From Candidatus Latescibacterota bacterium (GTDB taxonomy: Bacteria; Latescibacterota; UBA2968; UBA8231), in the NCBI GenBank assembly GCA_965204725.1, contig OZ242005.1, forward strand, positions 1,984,001 to 2,048,000: 64,000 nucleotides of DNA. The letters run 5' to 3'. Both the position numbers and the translations under genes were made by a program. Positions 18,705-29,132 of the stretch are shown one piece after another (position 1 is the first letter of the stretch; each line of letters opens with the position of its first letter). Under the pieces are notes generated by a model. That model was not told the origin of the DNA. It searched no databases and was given only the letters and a program-made list of their open reading frames with translations.

Positions 18705-20720
18705 ATGCCAATGTCTGAGTTGAAGCACTCCGTTATCGAGCGGATCGCCCAGTTCGAGCGCGACCACTGCGCGCTGCTCATCGCCTGCATCGCCGGGCTG
18801 GGCACCGCCCACATCCTCGCCCGTACCTCCACCTACGGCGCGGCCATCGGCACGGACTCCGTAGCGTTCCTTTCTACGGCCATGAACTTCCTCGCCGGAG
18901 AGGGCTGGCGATCCTTCGCGGGCTGGCCGCCGGTGGGCTGGCCGCCCTTGTTCCCCCTGCTGCTGACGGCCTTCGGTTGGGGCGGCATCGATCTACTGGA
19001 GGCGGGTCGGTGGATCAACGCTGCGGCCTTTGGGCTGACCATCCTCGCCGCCGGGCGCTATCTGCGCTCGAATGTTAGGTCGCAGTGGCTGGCGCTGGCG
19101 GCCACCGCGATCATCGCGGCCTCCCTGCACCTGAGCGATTGGGCGGCCAATTATACAACCGAGCCGCTCTTCGTCCTGTTGACGCTCCTCGCCTTGATCC
19201 AACTGGCGGCCTTCCGCGACCGGCGGACGACCGCGCCCCTGTGGTGGGCAGCGGTTTTCACCGCGCTGGCCGCGCTGACCCGCTATCCGGGCGTGGCCCT
19301 GATCGGCACTGGTGTCCTCATCCTGCTGCCCCTCGCCCGGCTGAGGCACACCCTCGCCTTTGGCGCGATCTCGTCCGTGCCCTTGCTGGCGGTGTTGGCG
19401 TTCAATTGGACGACCTCCAAGACCCTGACCGGGGGAAGACTAACGACCTCGGGACAATCCCTCTCCGTTGGGCTGAGCCAGACCGGCGCGGTGTTCCACG
19501 AGTGGGTCGTCCCCCCCAACGCGCCGAATGGGGCCGCGTATCTGCTGTGGCTGGCGGTCGGGCTGGTCGTCCTCGCCGGCGTCGCGGCGGTCGTCCTGCG
19601 TGGTCGCCAGCCGGACCCAGAGGCCGCGCCGTCGTCCCTCGGGTTGAGGCCAGTGCTCCCTTTCGGGGGGTTCGCCGTACTCTACCTCGTATTCATCGTC
19701 GCCGTCGTGCCCCTCACGGTCGATCAGGGCATCGACAGCCGCTACCTACTGCCGATATACGTGCCGCTGCTGTTGACGGCGGCGTTGCTGCTCGATCGGT
19801 TCCTGTCCATCGCCACGGCGGGCCGGATGATGGCCGTCCGCTACGGGCTGGTGTCCCTCGTCGTGCTCGCCACCCTCACCCACGTCGGCTGCTCGGCCCT
19901 AAAAAACCTTAGTCTTACTGCCCGAGCCTATACCGCTGGGTATCCGGCCCAAGCGTACAACGCCGCCCATTGGCGACACTCAGAGACCGTGAAGTACCTC
20001 CAGTACCACCATCTTGAAGGCAAAATTTACAGCAACCACAAAGCACTCGCTTGGTTTGCGGACCGGACTGTCGCCCCGGGAAAGCACCAACCGCTCCCGG
20101 GCGAGATAGTGTACGTCGATAACGAGGCCGGCGCACATATCGTTTGGTTCTGGGAGTTCTACTATCGAGATAGGTACGACTACGACATCATGGACCTCCA
20201 CGTTCTGCCCGGCTTGGAAACCGTGGCCGAGCTATCCGACGGCGTGGTATTCCGCATAACGGACGCCGCGGCGGCCGAACGGTTCGACGCGAAAAGGCAG
20301 CGCGCCCGGAAGGAACGCTACCAAGAACGCTACGTGCAGCAACTCCTCGAACAGAGCAGCGAGCGGGTGGTCCACTCCGACTGGGACGTGTACCGCACAG
20401 GACGCAAGCTGACGTACCTCAAAAAGCCCTGCGCCCCCGCGGACACGCAGGCCAAGTTCATTTTGCACGTCACCCCGGTCGATCCAATCGACCTGCCAGC
20501 CCACCGCAAGCGGCACGGCTTTGACAGCCTCGGCTTCTATTTCGACCAGCGCGGCTTCCGGCTCGGCTACGAGGGCATAAAAACGACCAACCAAGGCGAC
20601 CACCTGTGCATAGTGGCCGTCCAGCTCCCCGACTACGCCATCGGCCGCATCCGGGTCGGCCAATGGATTGCCGCCGGGAACCGCACCCTCTGGGAAGCAG
20701 AGTTTGTGCCGGGCCGGTGA
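18705..20720 (+). CDS. GT-C glycosyltransferase paralogue 5 (1 module)
   Basis: Same motifs. Confidence 0.8.
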   Translation: MPMSELKHSVIERIAQFERDHCALLIACIAGLGTAHILARTSTYGAAIGTDSVAFLSTAMNFLAGEGWRSFAGWPPVGWPPLFPLLLTAFGWGGIDLLEAGRWINAAAFGLTILAAGRYLRSNVRSQWLALAATAIIAASLHLSDWAANYTTEPLFVLLTLLALIQLAAFRDRRTTAPLWWAAVFTALAALTRYPGVALIGTGVLILLPLARLRHTLAFGAISSVPLLAVLAFNWTTSKTLTGGRLTTSGQSLSVGLSQTGAVFHEWVVPPNAPNGAAYLLWLAVGLVVLAGVAAVVLRGRQPDPEAAPSSLGLRPVLPFGGFAVLYLVFIVAVVPLTVDQGIDSRYLLPIYVPLLLTAALLLDRFLSIATAGRMMAVRYGLVSLVVLATLTHVGCSALKNLSLTARAYTAGYPAQAYNAAHWRHSETVKYLQYHHLEGKIYSNHKALAWFADRTVAPGKHQPLPGEIVYVDNEAGAHIVWFWEFYYRDRYDYDIMDLHVLPGLETVAELSDGVVFRITDAAAAERFDAKRQRARKERYQERYVQQLLEQSSERVVHSDWDVYRTGRKLTYLKKPCAPADTQAKFILHVTPVDPIDLPAHRKRHGFDSLGFYFDQRGFRLGYEGIKTTNQGDHLCIVAVQLPDYAIGRIRVGQWIAAGNRTLWEAEFVPGR

Positions 20721-20756
20721 ATTTGACCTCAACCTAGGACTGCTATCAATGGATAA

Positions 20757-22829
20757 ATGCCAATGCCTGAGTTGATGCGCTCCGCGATCGAGAAGATCGC
20801 CCGGTTCGGGCGCGACCACTGCACGCTGCTCATCGTCTGCATCGCCGGGCTGGGCACCATGCACATCCTCGCCCGCACCGCCACCGAAGGCGCGGTGATT
20901 GAGGGGGGCGCTGTATATCTCCTTTCTACGGCTAGCAACTTCCTTGCTGGCGAGGGCTGGCGGGATTTCTCGGGCGCACCGCTGACAGGATGGCCGCCCT
21001 TGTTCCCCCTGCTGCTGGCGGCGCTCGATGGGATCGGCATCGATCCAGTGGCGGGAGGTCGGTGGGTCCATGCCGCCATCTTCGGGTGGATCATCTGGGC
21101 GGCCGGCCTGTATCTACACTCGCATCTCCGGTCGCGGCTGTTGGTGCTGACCGCCACCGCGATCATCGCGGCCTCCCTGCCCCTAGCTCATTTCGCGTCC
21201 CACCTCGAGACTGAGCCGCTCTTCGTCCTGTTGACGCTCCTCGCCTTGATCCAGTTGGCGTCCTTTCTCAACCGCGGCGCGAGGACGTCCCTGTGGTGGG
21301 CGGCGGTTTGCACCGCCTTGGCCGCGCTGACCCGCTATCCGGGCGTGGTCCTGATCGGCACCGGCGTCCTGTTGCTGCTGGGGCGGCGCACCCCGCCGCT
21401 GACCGCCCGGTTGAAAGACGCCATTGTATTCGGTACGGTCTCATCCATTCCCCTCGCCGGGGTGCTGATGCACAACCGAGCAGTCTCCGGGACCCTGACC
21501 GGGCCGAGTTTCGGCTCGGGGCAGTCCCTATCCGATGGACTGAGCCAGATCGTCGAGGTGTTCGGCGAGTGGGTCGTCCCTCCCAACACGCCGGATGGGG
21601 TCGCGTATCTGCTGTGGCTGGCGGTCGGGTTGGTTGGGCTGGCTGGCGCAGCGGTCGTCCTTGGCGTCCCCCGAATGCCAAGCAACAGCCATAAGCAGGA
21701 CCCAGAGGCCGCGCCGCCATCCGTAGGGTTGGGGCCGGCACTCCCTTTCGGGGGGTTCGCCCTAGCGTACCTCGTACTCATGATCGCGGTCGTGCCCTTC
21801 GCGGTTGGTCAGGCCATCGACAGCCGCTACCTGCTGCCGATATACGTGCCGCTGGTGTTGGCGGCGGGGTTGCTGCTCGATCGGTTCCTGTCCATTGAGG
21901 CGACGGGTCGGATGGGGGCCATCCGCTACGGTCTGGCGTCCCTCGTCTTGCTGGGAGCCTGCGCCCACATCGGCTTCTCGGTAGATAGGAATCTCCATAT
22001 TACTCGCCAAGCACGGACACCCGGGAACAAACCATGGATGATCAATAGCAGATCCTGGGAAAAGTCCGAGATCCTGCATTACATTCGGAACAACCCCATC
22101 AATGGCAGGATTTACAGCGATAACGCCTACCTTGCTTGGTTCTGGAGTCGGACCGCGGCTCCAAGAGAGCACCATTTTCTCCGGGCCGAGCTTCACAATT
22201 TTACGGCGGCCATAATGCGGTGGACAGACGGCGATGGCGGATATGTCTTATGGTTCCGAAGATGGAAGCCTGCTTATGACTTCGACGAACTCGACATCCG
22301 GGTCCTGCCCGGGGTGGAAACCGTGGCCGAGCTATCCGACGGCGTGGTATTCCGCGTAACGGCGACCGAACCATTCGATGCAAAAAGGCATCACACCCGA
22401 AAACAACGCTACGTACAGCAACGCATCGAACGGGCCGGCGAGTTGGTGATCCGCGCCGACTCGACTTGGCCGATCAGCGCAGAACGGGCCGACGAGCAGG
22501 TGGCCCGCGCTGGCTGGGACGTGTACCGCAACGGACGCAAGCTGACCTACCACAAACAGCCGTGTACCCCTGACGACGGGCAGACGATATTCCTCTTGCA
22601 AGTCAGCCCTAACGACCCGGCCGACCTGTCAGCCGACCGCAGGCCGTACGGCTTTGACAACCTCGACTTCAATTTCCACACCCGCGGCGGCGTACGGGTC
22701 GACGACCAGTGCGTGGTGACCGCCCAACTCCCCGACTACCCCATCAGCCGCATCTATATCGGCCGGTGGATGGCCGACGGGAACCGCATCCTCTGGGAAA
22801 TGAAGGCCAAACCGCTAGGCTCTAAATGA
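20757..22829 (+). CDS. GT-C glycosyltransferase paralogue 6 (1 module; loop-1 Asp replaced by Gly)
   Basis: Same motifs; VIEGGAV in place of xxxDS. Confidence 0.8.
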   Translation: MPMPELMRSAIEKIARFGRDHCTLLIVCIAGLGTMHILARTATEGAVIEGGAVYLLSTASNFLAGEGWRDFSGAPLTGWPPLFPLLLAALDGIGIDPVAGGRWVHAAIFGWIIWAAGLYLHSHLRSRLLVLTATAIIAASLPLAHFASHLETEPLFVLLTLLALIQLASFLNRGARTSLWWAAVCTALAALTRYPGVVLIGTGVLLLLGRRTPPLTARLKDAIVFGTVSSIPLAGVLMHNRAVSGTLTGPSFGSGQSLSDGLSQIVEVFGEWVVPPNTPDGVAYLLWLAVGLVGLAGAAVVLGVPRMPSNSHKQDPEAAPPSVGLGPALPFGGFALAYLVLMIAVVPFAVGQAIDSRYLLPIYVPLVLAAGLLLDRFLSIEATGRMGAIRYGLASLVLLGACAHIGFSVDRNLHITRQARTPGNKPWMINSRSWEKSEILHYIRNNPINGRIYSDNAYLAWFWSRTAAPREHHFLRAELHNFTAAIMRWTDGDGGYVLWFRRWKPAYDFDELDIRVLPGVETVAELSDGVVFRVTATEPFDAKRHHTRKQRYVQQRIERAGELVIRADSTWPISAERADEQVARAGWDVYRNGRKLTYHKQPCTPDDGQTIFLLQVSPNDPADLSADRRPYGFDNLDFNFHTRGGVRVDDQCVVTAQLPDYPISRIYIGRWMADGNRILWEMKAKPLGSK

Positions 22830-22876
22830 CTCGAAAGCATGAAATGTTCATCGGCACCGTCTTTTTGCCTATAAGG

Positions 22877-22931
22877 CGTCCTTCCCGCGCACGAACGTCA
22901 CCCCGTGCCCCGACACGGGGCGGGAATCCAG
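22877..22931. repeat. REP palindrome interrupted by a second REP-type palindrome
   Basis: CGTCCTTCCCGCGCACG [AACGTCACCCCGTGCCCCGACACGGGG] CGGGAATCCAG. Confidence 0.7.
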
Positions 22932-22965
22932 TCTTGAAAGATGTAGGATTACTATATATGAATGA

Positions 22966-25425
22966 ATGCCAATGCCTGAGTTGATGCGCACCGCCATCGA
23001 GTGGTTCGCTCGGTGCTGGCGCACCCGCTTCCCCCTGCTCATCGTCGTCCTCGCCGGACTGGGCACCGCGCACATCCTCGTCCGCACCGCCACCGATGGC
23101 GCGGTGATCGACGGGGACTCTGTACGTTTCCTGTCCGTGGCTAGGAATTTCCTTGCGGGAGAAGGCTGGCGGGAGTACTCGGGCAAGCCGCTGACAGGAT
23201 GGCCGCCCTTGTTCCCCTTGCTGCTGGCGGCGCTCGATGGGATCGGCATCGATCCAGTGGAAGGAGGTCGGTGGGTCCACGCCGCCGCCTTTGGGTGGAT
23301 CATCTGGGCGGCCGGCCTGTATCTACACTCGCATCTCCGGTCGCGGCTGTTGGGGCTGGCCGCCACCGCCATCATCGCGGCCTCCCTGCCCTTGACCCAT
23401 TTCGTGGTGCGCTTCTTGACCGAGCCGCTCTTCGTCCTGTTGACGCTCCTCGCCTTGATCCAGTTAGCGGCTTTCCTCAACCGCGGCGCGAGGACGTCCC
23501 TGTGGGGGGCGGCGGTTCTCACGGCCTTGGCCGCGCTGACCCGCTATCCGGGCGTGGCTCTGATCGGCACCGGCGTCCTGCTGCTGCTGGGGCGGCGCAC
23601 CCCGCCGCTGGCCACCCGGTTAAAAGACGCCATCGCTTATGGGACCGTCTCATCCGTTCCCCTCGCCGGGGTGCTGATTCATAACTGGGCGGTCTCCGGG
23701 TCTCTGACCGGGCGGAAGGAAATGTCGGGGCAGTCCCTGTCCGATGGACTGAGCCAGATCGCCAATGTGTTCGGCGAGTGGGTCGTCCCCCCCAACGTGC
23801 CGGATGGGGTCGCGTATCTGCTGTGGCTAGTGGTCGGGTTGGTTGGGCTCGCAGCGGTCGTCCTTGGCGTCCTCCGAATGCGAAGTAACAGCCATAAGCC
23901 GGACCCAGAGGCCGCACCGCCATCCGTAGGGTTGGGGCCAGCGCTCCCCTTCGGGGGGTTCGCCCTAGCCTACCTCGTATTCATGATCGTCGTCGTGCCC
24001 TTCGCGGTTGGTCAGGCCATCGACAGCCGCTACCTGCTGCCGGTATATGTGCCGCTGCTGTTGGCGGCGGTGTTGCTGTTGGATCGGTTCCTGTCCATCG
24101 AGGCTACGGGTCGGATGGTCGCCATCCGCTCCGTTCTGACGTCCCTCGTCTTGTTGGGGGCCTGCGCCCACGTCGGCTTCTCGGTAGATAGGCATATCCA
24201 TATTACCCGCCAAGTATGGACAGCCGGGAACAAACCATGGATGATCAATAGCCGCTCTTGGGAAGAGTCCGATATCCTGCATTACATCCGGGACAATCCC
24301 ATCAATGGCAAGATTTTCAGTGATAAACCCTCCCTTGCTTGGTTTTGGAGCCGGACCGCGGCCCCGACAGAGCACCATCTTCTCCCAGCCGAGATCTACA
24401 TTCACAATTTTACGTCGGCCATAATGGGGTGGACAGAAGGCGATGGCGGACATGTCTTATGGTTCAGGAAATGGAAGCCTCTTTGCGACTTAGACGAACT
24501 CGACATCCGGGTCCTGCCCGGGATGGAACCCGTGGTCGAGCTATCCGATGGCGTGGTATTCCGCGTAACGGCGGCCGAACCGTTCGATGAGGACAAGCAT
24601 CACACCCGAAAACAACGCTATGTGCAGCAACTCATTGAACGAGCTGGCGAGTTGGTGATCCACGCCGACTCGACGTGGCCGATCAGCACTTGGGGCGTAG
24701 AACGGACCGACGAGCAGGTAGAACGAGCCGGCTGGGACGTGTACCACACAGGACGCAAGCTGACCTACCACAAAAAGCCGTGTACCCCCGCCGACGTGGA
24801 GACGAACTTCGTCTTACAAGTCAGCCCTAACGAACCGGCCTACCTGTCAGCCGACCGCAGGCAGTACGGCTTTGACCACCTCGACTTCAATTTTCGCATC
24901 CACGGCGGCGTCCGGCTCAACGACCAATGTGTGGTGACCGCCCAACTCCCCGACTACCCCATCAGCCGCCTCTATATCGGCCGGTGGATGGCCGGCAACG
25001 ACCGCATGCTCTGGGAAATGAAGGCCGAATCGTTCAAGTCGGAAAGGCACCCCGCCCAGAGACAACGCTACGCAGAGCAACTCATCGCACAGGCTGACGA
25101 GCAGATCGCTCGCGCCGGCTGGGACATGTACCGCACCGGACGCAAGCTGATTTACCGCAAACAGCCCTGCGGCCCCGCCGACGTGCAGGCCAAGTTCATT
25201 TTGCACGTCACCCCGGCCGACCCCAATGAACTGCCGGCCGACCGCCAGCGGCACGGCTTTGAAAGCCTCGGCTTCCATTTTGACCAGCGCGGCTTCCAAC
25301 TCGACGACCAGTGCATCGCGATCGCCCAACTCCCCGACTACGCCATCGATCGCATCCGGGTCGGCCAGTGGATTGCCGACGGGAACCGCACCCTCTGGGA
25401 AGCGGAGCTTTCGGCCAGCCGGTGA
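22966..25425 (+). CDS. GT-C glycosyltransferase paralogue 7 (2 modules)
   Basis: Same motifs. Confidence 0.8.
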   Translation: MPMPELMRTAIEWFARCWRTRFPLLIVVLAGLGTAHILVRTATDGAVIDGDSVRFLSVARNFLAGEGWREYSGKPLTGWPPLFPLLLAALDGIGIDPVEGGRWVHAAAFGWIIWAAGLYLHSHLRSRLLGLAATAIIAASLPLTHFVVRFLTEPLFVLLTLLALIQLAAFLNRGARTSLWGAAVLTALAALTRYPGVALIGTGVLLLLGRRTPPLATRLKDAIAYGTVSSVPLAGVLIHNWAVSGSLTGRKEMSGQSLSDGLSQIANVFGEWVVPPNVPDGVAYLLWLVVGLVGLAAVVLGVLRMRSNSHKPDPEAAPPSVGLGPALPFGGFALAYLVFMIVVVPFAVGQAIDSRYLLPVYVPLLLAAVLLLDRFLSIEATGRMVAIRSVLTSLVLLGACAHVGFSVDRHIHITRQVWTAGNKPWMINSRSWEESDILHYIRDNPINGKIFSDKPSLAWFWSRTAAPTEHHLLPAEIYIHNFTSAIMGWTEGDGGHVLWFRKWKPLCDLDELDIRVLPGMEPVVELSDGVVFRVTAAEPFDEDKHHTRKQRYVQQLIERAGELVIHADSTWPISTWGVERTDEQVERAGWDVYHTGRKLTYHKKPCTPADVETNFVLQVSPNEPAYLSADRRQYGFDHLDFNFRIHGGVRLNDQCVVTAQLPDYPISRLYIGRWMAGNDRMLWEMKAESFKSERHPAQRQRYAEQLIAQADEQIARAGWDMYRTGRKLIYRKQPCGPADVQAKFILHVTPADPNELPADRQRHGFESLGFHFDQRGFQLDDQCIAIAQLPDYAIDRIRVGQWIADGNRTLWEAELSASR

Positions 25426-25432
25426 TATACCA

Positions 25433-27787
25433 ATGCCTGAGTTGAAAGACGCCGCCATCGAGCGACTCGCCCGGTGCTGGCGCGACCGCTACGCACTGCT
25501 CATCGTCGTCCTCGCCGGGCTGGGCACCGCCCACATCCTCGTCCGCACCGCTACCTACGGCGCCGCAGTCGGCACGGACTCCATCGTTTTCCTTTCTACG
25601 GCCCTGAACTTCCTCGCCGGAGAGGGCTGGCGGGATTTCACCGGAGTACCGATGGTGGTTTGGCCGCCCTTGTTCCCCTTGCTGCTGGCGGCCCTCGGTT
25701 GGGTTGGCCTCGAGCCGCTGGCGGCGGGTCGGTGGGTCAACGCCGCAGCTTTCGGACTGACCATCCTCGCCGCCGGGTGCTGGCTGCGCTCGAATGTTAG
25801 GTCGCAGGGGCTGGCACTGGCCGCTACCGCGACCCTCGCGGCCTCCCTGCCCTTGAGCGATTGGGCGTCCAACTATATGACCGAGCCCCTCTTCGTCCTG
25901 TTGACGCTCCTCGCCTTGATCCAGTTGGCGGCCTTCCTCCAGCGCGGCGGGAGGACGCCCCTTTTGTGGGCGGCGGTTTTCACCGCGCTGGCCGCACTGA
26001 CCCGCTATCCGGGCGTGGTGCTGATCGGCACCGGCGTCCTCATCCTGTGGCCCCTCGCTCGGTGGAAGCAGGTCCTCGTCTTTGGCGCGGTCTCGTCCGT
26101 GCCCTTGCTGGCGGTATTGGCGCACAATTGGACAGTCTCCGCGACTTGGACAGGAGACCGATCAGACCCTGTAAGGCAGTCCCTATCCGAGGGGCTACGC
26201 CAGACCGTCGAGGTGTTCCGCGCGTGGATCGTCCCCCCCCACGCGCCGGATGGGGTTGCGTATCTGCTGTGGCTGGCCATCGGGTTGGTCGTCCTCGCCG
26301 GCACCGCGGTCGTCCTGCACACCCTCCGAAGGCACCGCGACGTCCCAGAGGCGACCCCAGTCTATTTCCGCTTAGGGCCGGTACTCCCATTCGGGGTGTT
26401 CGCCTTGATCTACTTCGTATTCATCATCGTCGTCGTGCCACTGACGATTCCCTATGGAATCGGCGACCGACTCCTGTTACCGGGGTACGTGCCGCTGCTG
26501 TTGACGGCGGGGTTCTTGCTGGATCGGTTCCTGTGCATCGCGGCGGCGGGCTGGATGGTGGCCATCCGCTACGGGATAGCGTCCCTCGTCTTGCTCGCCA
26601 CCCTCGCCCACTTATGCTTCTCGGCGCGAGAAAACCTCCGTCTTACCACCCACGCTTGGGTCGCCGGATACCCGGCCCAAGCGTACAACGCCGCCGCTTG
26701 GCAACAGTCCGAGACCCTGAATTACCTCCGGGACCACCACATTGAGGGCAGGATTTACAGCAACCACAGACCCCTTGCTTGGTTTGCGGATCGGACCGCG
26801 GCTTACGAAAAATACCAGCCGATCCGTGCCGGGTTGCCTCGTTTGGCGCGGGACATAATGCAGTGGACCGAGGACGGCACCCATATCGTTTGGTTCAGGG
26901 CGTTCCACAATCAAGGTGTTTACGGCTACGACCTCATGGACCTCCGTCTGTTGTCCGGCGTGGAACCCGTGGCCGAACTGGCCGATGGCGTGGTATTCCG
27001 CGCAACGGCGACCGAGCCGTTCGATGCAGAAAAGCATCGCGCTCGGAAACAACGCTACGTGCAGGAACTCATTGAACAGGCTGGCGAGCCGGTGGTCCGC
27101 GCTGGCTGGGACGTGTACCTCAAGGAACGCAAGCTGACCTACTTCAAAGAGCCCTGCGCCCCGGCCGACACGCAGGCGATGTTCGTTTTACACGCCATCC
27201 CCCTCGACCCAGCCGACCTGCCCGCCCACCGCAAGCCGTACGGCTTTGACCTCCTCGACTTCTATTTCGACTGGCGCGGCGGCGTGCGGCTCGACGACCA
27301 GTGTGGGGTGATCGCCCAACTCCCCGCCTACGCCATCGGCCGCATCCGGATCGGCCAATGGATTGCCGCCGAAAACCGCACCCTCTGGGAAACGACGGCC
27401 GAACCGTTCGACGCGAAAAGGCATCAACGCTACGTGGAACAACTCATCGCACAGGCTGACGAGCAGGTCACTCGCGCCGGCTGGGACGTGTACCGCACCG
27501 GACGCAAGCTGATCTACCGCAAACAGCCATGCGCTCCCGCCGACGTGCAGACCAAGTTCATTTTGCACGTCACCCCGGCCGATCCCAATGAGCTGCCGGC
27601 CAACCGCCAGCGGCACGGCTTTGAAAGCCTCGGCTTCTATTTTGACCAGCGCGGCTTCCAACTCAATGACCAGTGCATCGCAATCGCCCAACTCCCCGCC
27701 TACGCTATCGATCGCATCCGAGTCGGCCAGTGGATTGCCGCCGGGAATCGCACTGTCTGGGAAGCGGAGCTTTCGGCCAGCCGGTGA
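25433..27787 (+). CDS. GT-C glycosyltransferase paralogue 8 (2 modules)
   Basis: Same motifs; start MPELKDAA by alignment to the paralogues. Confidence 0.8.
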   Translation: MPELKDAAIERLARCWRDRYALLIVVLAGLGTAHILVRTATYGAAVGTDSIVFLSTALNFLAGEGWRDFTGVPMVVWPPLFPLLLAALGWVGLEPLAAGRWVNAAAFGLTILAAGCWLRSNVRSQGLALAATATLAASLPLSDWASNYMTEPLFVLLTLLALIQLAAFLQRGGRTPLLWAAVFTALAALTRYPGVVLIGTGVLILWPLARWKQVLVFGAVSSVPLLAVLAHNWTVSATWTGDRSDPVRQSLSEGLRQTVEVFRAWIVPPHAPDGVAYLLWLAIGLVVLAGTAVVLHTLRRHRDVPEATPVYFRLGPVLPFGVFALIYFVFIIVVVPLTIPYGIGDRLLLPGYVPLLLTAGFLLDRFLCIAAAGWMVAIRYGIASLVLLATLAHLCFSARENLRLTTHAWVAGYPAQAYNAAAWQQSETLNYLRDHHIEGRIYSNHRPLAWFADRTAAYEKYQPIRAGLPRLARDIMQWTEDGTHIVWFRAFHNQGVYGYDLMDLRLLSGVEPVAELADGVVFRATATEPFDAEKHRARKQRYVQELIEQAGEPVVRAGWDVYLKERKLTYFKEPCAPADTQAMFVLHAIPLDPADLPAHRKPYGFDLLDFYFDWRGGVRLDDQCGVIAQLPAYAIGRIRIGQWIAAENRTLWETTAEPFDAKRHQRYVEQLIAQADEQVTRAGWDVYRTGRKLIYRKQPCAPADVQTKFILHVTPADPNELPANRQRHGFESLGFYFDQRGFQLNDQCIAIAQLPAYAIDRIRVGQWIAAGNRTVWEAELSASR

Positions 27788-27869
27788 TGCCGGACGCCCG
27801 GTACGCCATCAATCAGCCGCAGCACTGCGGCTGGGAATGCTATCATAATGAATGATATTACGCGAAGTC

Positions 27870-28817
27870 CTACTCGGCTCGGTCTAACAGGAGCCTAAAG
27901 GCTTCGAGGCTGGGCACCTGTATGGCCGCCCGATGCAACTGCTTGAGACGCGGCACATCGTCGGTGGCCTCAATGCGAGCGACCAACGGATCCGACGCAG
28001 CCAGCCCAAAGCGAATCTCTAGCACCTCAAGCAGAGCTTCAATGGTGCGTTCTCGGCCCCCTCGCTCGATGCCCTGCTCAATGCCCTGCTCAATGCCCTG
28101 CTCGATGCCCTGCTCAATGCCTTGCTTAATGCCCTGCTTAATCCCCTTTTCCGTGAAATACTGCGCTACCGACGACTCGTACATGGTCTCCTCCTCGATG
28201 ATGGTCATAATCGTCTCTAAGTTATACACCAGCCCGCTTAACATCGCAAGATCGGCCAGATAGTTCGCCTTGCGTCTCTCGTCCATCGGCACCTGTTGCG
28301 CCCGGTTGACACACTGGCGCAACCACCCCTCGGCATCGACGCCGGCGGGCGGTTGCATCAACGGCGCAAACGGCAGCAAGCCGGAAGGTCCGGCGTCGAG
28401 GATGCGTTGACCGTCGATCTCAATCAGCCGGATGACCTTGTATTGCACCAAGACGCGATAGCCGTGCCGCTCTTGGACATAGTGCCCTGGGTCATTCCGG
28501 CCAGCGTCTGGGCGCAGGTAGATGACGTTGGAATAGATGGGCCGGTTGTGCTGTTCAATGCCGCGTCCGATATAGCCGATCATGCGGCGCGGCATGGGGG
28601 GTTTGCTGTCGGTGGTTTGGAACTCGTGGTGGACCAGCACCTCCTCGCCGCCGACGTGGACGCGAATGAGGCTATCGGTGCGGTGGGTTTCGGCGGTGGG
28701 CTGCTCGGTATCGACGACGCCGAGGATTCGGATGTCGTCTTGTTGGAGGGCGAAGCGGGCGAAGTCGGCGGGGTAAGTGTGGATGAGGTGTTTGGCGATG
28801 GAATCGAATTCGGCCAT
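27870..28817 (-). CDS. Rpn-family nuclease, copy 2
   Basis: Near-identical to copy 1; 7 tetrapeptide repeats. Confidence 0.8.
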   Translation of the reverse strand: MAEFDSIAKHLIHTYPADFARFALQQDDIRILGVVDTEQPTAETHRTDSLIRVHVGGEEVLVHHEFQTTDSKPPMPRRMIGYIGRGIEQHNRPIYSNVIYLRPDAGRNDPGHYVQERHGYRVLVQYKVIRLIEIDGQRILDAGPSGLLPFAPLMQPPAGVDAEGWLRQCVNRAQQVPMDERRKANYLADLAMLSGLVYNLETIMTIIEEETMYESSVAQYFTEKGIKQGIKQGIEQGIEQGIEQGIEQGIERGGRERTIEALLEVLEIRFGLAASDPLVARIEATDDVPRLKQLHRAAIQVPSLEAFRLLLDRAE

Positions 28818-28863
28818 GAGCCTTGCCTTGGTTGCGGGTGAGAGGGGGTGGTATGTGCAACTG

Positions 28864-28878
28864 GCAAGAATCGTGCCA
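28864..28878 (-). promoter_or_regulatory. sigma54 promoter of rpn copy 2
   Basis: TGGCACGATTCTTGC on the minus strand. Confidence 0.75.
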
Positions 28879-28964
28879 CGGCGGCGGTTCAGAGGGGCGG
28901 GGCGTGGATGGGCGGCGTGGGAGTGTGGCGAAAAGGGGACAGGGGTGGGACGTTGGGGGAAAAA

Positions 28965-29045
28965 CTGGATTGCCGCGTGCGCGGGAATGACGGAAGGCTT
29001 AGGACGACGCAAGAACTCGTCATTCCCGTGCAAGCGGCAATCCAT
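28965..29045. repeat. inverted REP pair (CGTCATTCCCGC..GCGG(G/C)AATCCA family)
   Basis: CTGGATTGCCGCGTGCGCGGGAATGACG ... CGTCATTCCCGTGCAAGCGGCAATCCAT. Confidence 0.8.
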
Positions 29046-29132
29046 AAAAGCGTCCTACCCCAACAACTGAACTGTTCTTGTGCAGGCAGGACGGCTTAAA
29101 CGGGTTCGGACAGAACGCTATTACGCGAAGCC

